The translations under genes were made by a program, and so were the position numbers. Below the pieces are notes generated by a model. It had not been told where the DNA came from and did no database searches. It was given only the letters and a program-made list of their open reading frames with translations. This document shows, in pieces, positions 28,912 through 36,677 of a DNA stretch of 64,000 nt. How positions within the stretch are numbered: the stretch's first letter is position 1; each line of letters opens with the position of its first letter. This DNA comes from a virus (taxonomy: Duplodnaviria; Caudoviricetes), in IMG/VR virus record IMGVR_UViG_3300002485_000004, positions 6,563 through 70,562 of that record; one strand, written 5' to 3'.

Positions 28912-30262
28912 CCAACGCCGAATCCATCCGCACTGTGGAGAATATGCAGCGCCTGTTGAAGAGCCACGGGTTCTTCATCAAGAATAATATCGACGGTGTC
29001 ATCGTAATCGCCGCCGACAACAATGAGCACCCAGGGTACGCGAAGGATGCGCCCATAGGGCACTTCGTCAGCGCTGAAGGGGTCATCGCCTTCATAGCTG
29101 GGTGGTCCAGGCACGACGAGTACGTGCGCCTCAGTGGGGACTACGTGAAGAAGAAGCACCATCCTGGGTCGAACAGGAAGAAGGTCAAGACGAAGCCATG
29201 ACCGACAAGGGACCAACGGGCGCGCAGGCACATGAGAACCTTCGACGGCAGCTAGAGCACGCGGCGCGCTGGTCTGAAGAGTACGACCGAAGGATGCGGG
29301 AGATCTTCCCGAACGCCCTGCGTATAGACGACGAGTACCTAATCCTTAACGAGGAGGAGCTCAAGGAGTGCCAACGGCTAATGCAGGAAGGAAAGCTATG
29401 AAAGCCAGGTGTGTAGAACACGACGTCGAGCTCACCGAGCCAAATGCGAACGGGGACTCCTACTGCCCATCCTGCGCACTTGGCTGGTTTGAGAAAAGCG
29501 GCGGTAGGTCTCACCAAGCGCTGGCGAAAGCCGTGGCTCATCTTCTCCAAGAACGCCGCACTTCGAGGGCTGAGTGCGCCAAGCACGGGGAAGTAGATCT
29601 AACAAGACCAGACGACGCTGGGAACAGCTATTGCCCCTCTTGCATTATCGAGGGAGTCTCGGGAGAGGTACTCGCCAAGTACGCAGCGCGCGTCCCATCT
29701 AGCAGCTCCCCAAACATCCAGAATGCGGCCGATGCGTTCAAGCGCGTCAGGGAGCTGGAGGAAGAGAACGCCAAGCTTCGTCTAAAAGAGACGCTTGCAG
29801 TAGTCGGTTCCCACTTCCTGAAGTTTGATCACGAGAGCGACGAGGGCTTCGTTCGTGAGCATGAGGGTCGGTTCTTGGTGTGCAGGCCGACACTTCTATT
29901 CTCGTGGCGTACAGAAGAGCGCCTATTCGAGGTGGTGGCGGACTGCAGAGACAGGGGTTTGGCGGAGGTGGTGCTGAAGATATACGAGGTCACGCCCGAT
30001 GAGCTTAAAGGGAAAAAGAATGGGTAGTCGGCAGCGCCTGTGCCCGGGATGCCGTTCCTTCAGGGACCCCCACAACCTTGGCCCTACCTGCACGCTGCTT
30101 GACGGCGCTCGTGAAGAAGCCAAGCGGCTGCTGGAAGAAGGGGCGAAGGAAGCCCTCGACTTCTGTGCTCTCTACAAGAAGCAGCTGGACGACGTGAAGC
30201 GGCTGCCCTCCTTCATAGAGCTATTCGCAAACTGGCTCTTCGAAGGTGGAAGCGACAAGTAG
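28908..30262 (+). other. Four small hypothetical ORFs
   Basis: Overlapping start/stop pairs (28908-29201, ~29198-29401, 29398-30027, ~30020-30262). Confidence 0.6.
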
Positions 30263-30339
30263 AGGAGCGGCCTAACGGCGGAGGTTGCTTAGGCAATCTC
30301 TTCCTAGCCCTGCATCTTCCAGCACTGTCCAGGCATAAC
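30262..30339 (+). promoter_or_regulatory. Three-way-junction element + CTAGCC + promoter CCTGCA-N17-GGCATAAC
   Basis: GCC-TAAC-GGC and GAGGTTGC-TTAG-GCAATCTC hairpins in a GGA/TCC stem, then the exact promoter motif (30309-30339). Confidence 0.6.
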
Positions 30340-30374
30340 AAGCTTGAGGGATAAGTCACCCTCAAGGAGAACGT

Positions 30375-31028
30375 ATGAACCACTTCGCAGGCAAAGTATC
30401 CCCGTGTGGCAAAAACAGGTGGCAGATGCACATTGACCCAGCACTGGGCCTCCCAATGAAGAAGCTGACGGTGCTGCGGTCGGAAGCCGCCACGGCCAAG
30501 GCAGCAGAGAGCCAGCTGCAGCGGCGCGTCATGAGGATGCTCAAGGGCAAGGAGAAGAAGGATCGAGCGGCAGCGGCCAAGGCACAGCAGCTCAACCTTC
30601 CGTTCGACAAGAAGCGCGCGCGGTACCGAGGGGTGAGTCTGCAGCTGCCTGTGTTGAAGTACAAGCTTACAAAGCTACCAGATGAGGGGGGATACAAGAG
30701 CCGGGCGTCTGCGCAAGAAGCCATTCGCAACTTCGTGCGGGCGAAAATCAGCCCGCTTGGCAGAGCCATGACTCTGAAGGCCCTGGAGGCCATCATGGAC
30801 AACAACCCCGCTCTTCGAGCTGAGCACCCCAAGGGCACTGGGCTGGGGCGCAAGGAACAGGTGCTTCAGAGCGAGTCGACGAAGCCCGCTACGCCAAAGT
30901 ACGAGGCGAAGCCTCAGATGGATAAGGATACCTTGTACGCGCTCTGCATCGAGTTGGTTACCATGCTCGTGCGGCACTTGAATATAGAGTTTTCTGATCT
31001 CAAGAAGATGCCTTCTAGCGGCGCGTAA
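30375..31028 (+). CDS. Basic hypothetical protein, possibly DNA-binding
   Basis: 217-aa K/R-rich ORF with AAGGAG SD. Confidence 0.65.
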   Translation: MNHFAGKVSPCGKNRWQMHIDPALGLPMKKLTVLRSEAATAKAAESQLQRRVMRMLKGKEKKDRAAAAKAQQLNLPFDKKRARYRGVSLQLPVLKYKLTKLPDEGGYKSRASAQEAIRNFVRAKISPLGRAMTLKALEAIMDNNPALRAEHPKGTGLGRKEQVLQSESTKPATPKYEAKPQMDKDTLYALCIELVTMLVRHLNIEFSDLKKMPSSGA

Positions 31029-31038
31029 AAGGGATAAC

Positions 31039-32503
31039 GTGGCATTCCTACCACTGCCCTTCGTCAACCGGGTGAAGGAGGTGTTCTCCTTCCACCTCAA
31101 CCAAGATCTCAACAAGTCGTTCGTCCTCATCATTCCAACAGTCGGGGCTGGGATGAGCAAGCGCTACGACGTGATCCGAGTCTTCTACGCTGGCAACGCC
31201 AGGTGCATCGGTCGAGAGCTGCCGATTAGGATGGCGAGGGAAGTTGCTCTTCGAGACCCCAGACAAGACGGGAAGCCACTGAAGGAGAGCACATGAACGT
31301 CGAGGTAGACTTCGAGAACAAGACCACGAAGGTGATCGTTCCGTGGCTGGACCTTGAGTACCACGTCACCATCAACGATGAGGGAATCATCATAGACGCT
31401 GTGAAGTATGGGGAGGTGGAGACCAGTAACACCTACGGGTATGGAGACTTGTCCTCATACTCCCCAGAGTCCGGTGCAAAACCACCGTGTGAGTGCGATG
31501 AGGGCCAAGGATGCTGCTGGGACGGGAGGCACGAGTAATGGACGTCTATTGCGCGAACTGTGGAGAGCCATGGGACCTGTCCCATCTACGGAACGACGAG
31601 GTGCACGAGACCGCCGCCGGCACGGAGATGATCTACGACAAGATCGACATGGAGAAGTGGGACGAAGAGATGTGCAAGTACGGAGGGCTGTCACGAGAGG
31701 CGGCTCTTCGAGCCTGTCCCAAACCCGAGCCTCAGTACAAAGGAGAGCCATGGACAGGCCAGCTCACCGACTTCTGGCGTAGGGAGTTCAAGGCGCTGGG
31801 GTGGGAGTTCGGGGGGAACCTCGCCATCGTCCTCCGCTGCAACTGCTGCGAGGCCAATGGACCGCGGGAGGATGCGGAAGACCGAAGAGCCGACTACGAA
31901 ACCATCGACTCCCTACTGGGAGATGACTTGGATGGGGCAGCCGTTGAAGTCAACGACCTGGAAAGGACACGTGCGCATGTCATTTGAGACGTCGGAAGAG
32001 TACGTCGCGTACTTGCGGGGAAAGGTGGAGGGCATGGAGGCTCAGCTTCATCTACTCCGCGTCAAGAACACAGTGCTGGCTGTACTGTGTGCCCTCCTAG
32101 CCGCTATAAGCCTTGCGGATGCTTTGATGGAGCTGTACCGATGAGCGACTTTTCTGTATGGGACGCCGTCAACTGCACAGAGGAAGAAGCGGAGTATATA
32201 TTCGAGGACGACGCCAAGTCTGCGGCGATTGCGTACGCTGAGCAGGACGTCGACGGCGGCATTGACGGGATCTACACGAATGAGAAGGGGCTTCCCCTGA
32301 ACGACCTGAAGAAGGAAGGGCAGCCCATCTTCGTACGCGACTCGAACGACGTACTAACCCGATGGCGCGTGGGAGTCGTCGAGTTCGAGCCGGTGTACGC
32401 CGCTTCCCAAGAGGAGCTGGAGCCAGACGACGGGCGTTGCCCGCACGGTGCGTTCTTCACAGGGGCGGGAGCCTGCCCTCAATGTGGAAGGGGTGCGGAT
32501 TAA
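31039..32503 (+). other. Small hypothetical ORFs upstream of the TnpB-like gene in the same operon
   Basis: 31039-31296, 31293-31538, 31538-31987, ~31977-32144, 32141-32503 abut each other. Confidence 0.6.
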
Positions 32504-32512
32504 GGAGGCAGT

Positions 32513-33859
32513 ATGCCAAGACATATCAAGCATCACGACGGAAGAGAGATTCGTGGGCTGCGCGTGAAGTGCTACCCAACGCCCGAACAAGCGCTAGCGT
32601 TGCTCGACTTGCAGAGAAGACTTCGTCGGCTGTGGAACTGGTTAGTTGCGAGGTCTTCAGACACTAGAGCGGCTCGCGAAGCCTGGGCCTCTCGCAATGG
32701 AGCAGGAACTCGACCTGCGAGACCTGAGAACGACGCTGGAGAGCAGGCATGGGCCACCTACAAGACGGTGATGAGCGAGTGGCGAGCGCGTGTTCGATCT
32801 GTGCTGGAACTGCACAAAAAGGATCCCGGGCTCGCGTATCGAAACGTGCGTGACTACATCGCTCAGTTCGGCGTTGATCACGACTACCAGCTCTACCCGC
32901 ACTTGTTCGACGATGATCAGCCCCCGCTTGCACACCCGCAGCAGGCGCTCTTCAAAGATTACGAGGCGGCCATGCGGGCAACCGCTCGGGGCCAGCGACC
33001 GCCCAGGAGGCGCAAGCGCGACGAGGACATGCCGCTGCGGGTGGGGTCTGGCACACACTTTCGTCAGGTCGCAGATGGCGGTCGCCGAGTGATTGGGCAT
33101 CATCCTAAAGGACCGCAGATGAGCGGGAGAATCAACTGTCAGGTGAGCCTACCTGGCATCGGCTGGATCAACGCCACCATTTCTTCAGAGCAGCCACTGG
33201 AGGCTCAAGAGTACTGGGTGGAGGGGGTGGCCCTACGACGTGAAGCCGACGGGTGGTACGCGGCAATACGCCAGCACGTCGTGCCGACTGTGGCGCCGAA
33301 GGGCGTTGGTGCGTGCGGCATCGACGTCGGACTCGTCTATTTATTCGCGGCGGTAGGCGACGATGGACAGCAGATTGTGGCTACGAATCCACGTCTTGGT
33401 TCACGCCGTGGGCACCTGCGAACACCAGGCGGGTACGTCGAGCTCATTGCTGAACGACAAGCGGCAAAACTTCCAACGACGATCCTTCAATGTCGGTCGG
33501 CGCGCAACGTGCGGCAGGTGGTACGAGAGCAACTGTTTCCATTCACAGATCGCTACGAGTTCATTGCAGTCGAGAACCTACCGGCCAACATCGGGTTCCT
33601 CGAGACGCCCCACTTGTCGTTCATGCGCACTGTTCGATCAATGTTGGTCCAGCGCTACGGGTGCGAGAGGGTCATCGACGTCGATCCAACGAACACCTCT
33701 CGCATATGTTCCAAGTGCGGGCATCTGTGCAATAGATCTTGGTCTGACCTGCTAGGGCGCGTGGGTCTATGCCCAGCTTGCGGCCACTCAGAGATGTCAG
33801 ATCTGAACGCCGCTCGCAATGTGCTCCACAGACTATCGAAACTATTGGCCGCCGAATGA
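32513..33859 (+). CDS. tnpB: TnpB/Cas12f-like RNA-guided RuvC nuclease (candidate miniature type V effector)
   Basis: N-terminal RVKCYPTPEQ...LRRLWNW; RuvC-I CGIDVG; RuvC-II IAVENL; zinc ribbon CSKC...CPAC; RuvC-III SDLNAARNV. GGAGG SD only 9 nt after the upstream stop. Confidence 0.9.
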   Translation: MPRHIKHHDGREIRGLRVKCYPTPEQALALLDLQRRLRRLWNWLVARSSDTRAAREAWASRNGAGTRPARPENDAGEQAWATYKTVMSEWRARVRSVLELHKKDPGLAYRNVRDYIAQFGVDHDYQLYPHLFDDDQPPLAHPQQALFKDYEAAMRATARGQRPPRRRKRDEDMPLRVGSGTHFRQVADGGRRVIGHHPKGPQMSGRINCQVSLPGIGWINATISSEQPLEAQEYWVEGVALRREADGWYAAIRQHVVPTVAPKGVGACGIDVGLVYLFAAVGDDGQQIVATNPRLGSRRGHLRTPGGYVELIAERQAAKLPTTILQCRSARNVRQVVREQLFPFTDRYEFIAVENLPANIGFLETPHLSFMRTVRSMLVQRYGCERVIDVDPTNTSRICSKCGHLCNRSWSDLLGRVGLCPACGHSEMSDLNAARNVLHRLSKLLAAE

Positions 33860-33876
33860 CGACCCTCGCCGCACCA

Positions 33877-34238
33877 ACCAGACCCGGCTGTCTCCGGGAC
33901 GAGAAGCGGACCAGGCGAGGACCGACCTTGAGCACCCTCACCGCGCACACTAGGCTCGGCTAACTCCGGGACAGGTCGACCTCGCCCTTGGCGATGTCCT
34001 TACAAGATGCACCAGGCCAGGCTGACTCCTGGACTACCCGCTCGCTGAGGCAGACATTCGCACCACACCTACCAGGCCCGGCTGACTCCGGGACGCTCTT
34101 GGGATGAGCGAACGCGCTCCCATCGCCTCTCCTCGCCGCACCAACCAGGCCCGGCTGACTCCGGGACGCAGGTCGAGGCACGCGCTGCACTCCCGGTGAA
34201 CGCGCTCCAAACGCACCGGTCCAGGCTTCATACATGGC
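33877..34238 (+). CRISPR. Array B: five 24-nt repeats plus one degenerate terminal repeat
   Basis: Repeats at 33877-33900, 33949-33972, 34011-34034, 34071-34094, 34144-34167 and a degenerate copy at ~34215-34238. Unique spacers of 48, 38, 36, 49 and 47 nt. Confidence 0.85.
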
Positions 34239-34485
34239 GCACGTCACACCGGCACACCCGGAAAACAGTTGCACCAATGATGAGAGCGACAACATCAGCC
34301 CCGTACAAGCTCAGCTACAGCCCCAAAGGGGAGATCGGGGTGGAGAACTTTCCAGACCCAATCCCACCATCCACATCGTCTGAATGGCGCCTGGTGGGGT
34401 TTCAAGTAGTACAAACCACGACGCTAAGCGGACTATTTGTGTGGGCGTGGGAGAGCCCACACAAGGGAACGAAGAAGGAATAGTG

Positions 34486-35335
34486 ATGGACGACGACAAG
34501 AAGGAAGTTGTGTCCGTGGAGGACAACAAGGTACTAGTAGACATAACAGAGGCGGTGAGGCAGCTGAAGGGCGGGCTGGAGCACTACATCACAAGCCAAG
34601 CGAGAGCAGCTCTCGTCAAGGCCATCGAGAAGATTGTGCTGGACATGGCCAAGAACGAGCTTCGTTACATCGTCAATGTAACGCTGCACGAGATCTTGGA
34701 CGAGATGAGGTTCAAGTCGCCTGCGGAGGCGCCGCCCAGAACGGGCAAGGTGCTTCCCGTACCGTCCGGGGCAAGGGTGGAGCTCGCTGCTGCGGAGTTG
34801 GAACGCAAGGAACCCGTGTACGACCTCACGCTGAAGGAGTACCTGACCGTGTGGATGCGAGGCACTAGCTTCAGCTGGGGAGAGCGCCCTCGCATCTGGG
34901 AGATGGTCGAGCGTCACCTCCAGAGCGTCACGTCGAGCATCGTGAAGGATGAGCTCAAGATGCACACAGATCAGGTGCAGAGCTACCTGCAGGAAAACAT
35001 CGTCAAGGAAGTACTCGAGGCTTTCATGCGGAGGATGTCGAAAAATGGATGACAAGAAGCTGGCGAAGGAGCTCGTCAAGAGGCTCAACGGGCTTCTCGA
35101 GAACAAGGCGGCGCACGAGCTACTTCAGAGGATGCTCAGCATTCGCTTTGACGTGACGGACGCTGTGGCGAGCCATCCGACCATACAGGTGTCCTCCAGC
35201 GACACCGTTGGGTTCTTGGGAATGCTCAACGGCGCTGTGGGCATCCGCCCCGATGGGTACGGTCACATCGCTGGTGAATACGACGACAACTGCACCCTGA
35301 TAGGCTTTACTGTAACAGGGGAGCGAAAGACATGA
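34486..35335 (+). other. Two hypothetical ORFs (34486-35052, 35045-35335)
   Basis: ORF track with refined starts. Confidence 0.6.
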
Positions 35336-35907
35336 GCCACGAGGAGCTTCGCTGGGACAAGCTACAGGAAGAAGTCCGTGAGTGGTCGGTGCGCAACTTT
35401 GGGGACAACCCAGCGCACAGGCCCATCCTGGGGATCATCGAGGAGCTCGGGGAGTTGATCAAGGCCGAGCACCACGAACGAAACACCACGGAGGCCATCG
35501 ACGCCGTTGGGGACGTCATGATCTACATGGCCGACTTCTGCGGGAAGACCAACCGTGACCTAGCGCACATCGCAGGCTGCGCCTTTAGAAGAAGAGCGCG
35601 AGGCATAAGCCTGCATATCCTGGATGCCGGTATTCCTTCCAGCAGCGTTGCATCGCTGATGGGTAAACTAGCGCACCACTGGCTGAAGTCCGAACAGGGC
35701 ATACGCACGGGGGAGGACCATGCTACCAGCATCACGTACACGCTGATCAACATAGTTGAGCTGCTCGCCTACTACTACCCCGTCGAGTCGGCGGTGGGTG
35801 AGACGTGGAAGCGCGTCAGCCAACGGGATTGGAAGAAGAACGCGGAGACAGGACAAGTCGATGTCGGAGCTGGAGAAGGCCAAGAGCCTGATACGGCTGG
35901 CACTTAG
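35332..35907 (+). CDS. MazG-like nucleoside-triphosphate pyrophosphohydrolase
   Basis: LQEEVREWSVRNFG...IEELGELIKAE...DAVGDVMIYMADFC. Confidence 0.8.
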   Translation: MSHEELRWDKLQEEVREWSVRNFGDNPAHRPILGIIEELGELIKAEHHERNTTEAIDAVGDVMIYMADFCGKTNRDLAHIAGCAFRRRARGISLHILDAGIPSSSVASLMGKLAHHWLKSEQGIRTGEDHATSITYTLINIVELLAYYYPVESAVGETWKRVSQRDWKKNAETGQVDVGAGEGQEPDTAGT

Positions 35908-36289
35908 CGAATCGTACAACGAGCATGAGGCACGGGCTGCCGCCATGGCGGCGGTCCGTCTCATAGACCAGTACAACTTGCTTGAGTCGGCGCCAGTATC
36001 GGTGCGTCAGGACCTAACAAGTGAGCTGGTGGATAACGTACTAGACACGTGCCTAGCCATGCTGGAGTTTGATCCAACATGGCTGGTGAGCGTGGCAGAC
36101 ATACTCGGCGCCGTGTTCGAAGCCTGGGAACCTTACCCAGATGCCGTAACGCGTCGTCGCGTTTACCACCGAGTTCGCTATCGCCTGGAGTGCTTCGTAA
36201 GTCGTGGACTTCTAAGGAAGAAGTACGCCAAGGGCTACGTGCTACAGAAGGGCGTCAGCGTAGGGGACTTTGGATTCAAAAACGCATAG
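35861..36289 (+). CDS. DUF2786-like protein
   Basis: ELEKAKSLIRLALSESYNEHEARAAAMAAVRLIDQYNL. Confidence 0.7.
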   Translation: MSELEKAKSLIRLALSESYNEHEARAAAMAAVRLIDQYNLLESAPVSVRQDLTSELVDNVLDTCLAMLEFDPTWLVSVADILGAVFEAWEPYPDAVTRRRVYHRVRYRLECFVSRGLLRKKYAKGYVLQKGVSVGDFGFKNA

Positions 36290-36366
36290 CACTGGCTAGC
36301 AATCAACATGCTGTTTTGAATCCAAAAGAGGGGGCTCAACATAGCTAATGAAGGATGCGTATGAAC

Positions 36367-36675
36367 CATGCCTATCCGGTTAGCTCCCATAGGAGACTGA
36401 GATGCGTGAAGAAGGAATGAGTAGCATCGACCGGAAGTCGCCGGAGAACATTCAGAACGCGGTAGCGATGGGCGGCCGCATCCGGCGCGAAACACTCGAT
36501 CGATTGTTGGAGCTTCTGCCGCAGAAAACCTCGTACCTGTTTTGGATCGCCCTGGAGGTGCGCACGTCCACGATGCTGAAGACCATCGACAACGAAGAGG
36601 ACGCGCTCGAGACGATCCGTCGGCTCGAGTCCGCGCCCGACCTCCCTGCGGACGGGAGCTAACCGGATAGGTACA
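36367..36675. mobile_element. MITE-like 309-bp insertion with 18-bp inverted repeats and 8-bp direct repeats
   Basis: CCTATCCGGTTAGCTCCC (36371-36388) is the perfect reverse complement of 36654-36671. GTATGAAC lies at 36359-36366 and 36676-36683, each 4 nt from an inverted repeat. Confidence 0.65.
36402..36662 (+). CDS. Small passenger ORF inside the MITE-like element
   Basis: AGGAGA SD; the stop codon lies within the right inverted repeat. Confidence 0.55.
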   Translation: MREEGMSSIDRKSPENIQNAVAMGGRIRRETLDRLLELLPQKTSYLFWIALEVRTSTMLKTIDNEEDALETIRRLESAPDLPADGS

Positions 36676-36677
36676 GT

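Noticed and set aside
32513-33859. Nuclease-dead TldR / dCas12f-type regulator
   Set aside because: All three RuvC acidic residues appear intact. This needs an alignment to confirm.
32513-33900. Ordinary IS200/IS605 or IS607 insertion sequence
   Set aside because: No Y1 or serine transposase nearby, only 9 nt of upstream intergenic DNA, and the downstream region is a multi-spacer array rather than a single right-end hairpin.
33877-34238. TIGR-Tas array
   Set aside because: No Nop-domain protein, no alternating edge/loop repeats with box C/D motifs, and the spacers are far longer than 9 nt.
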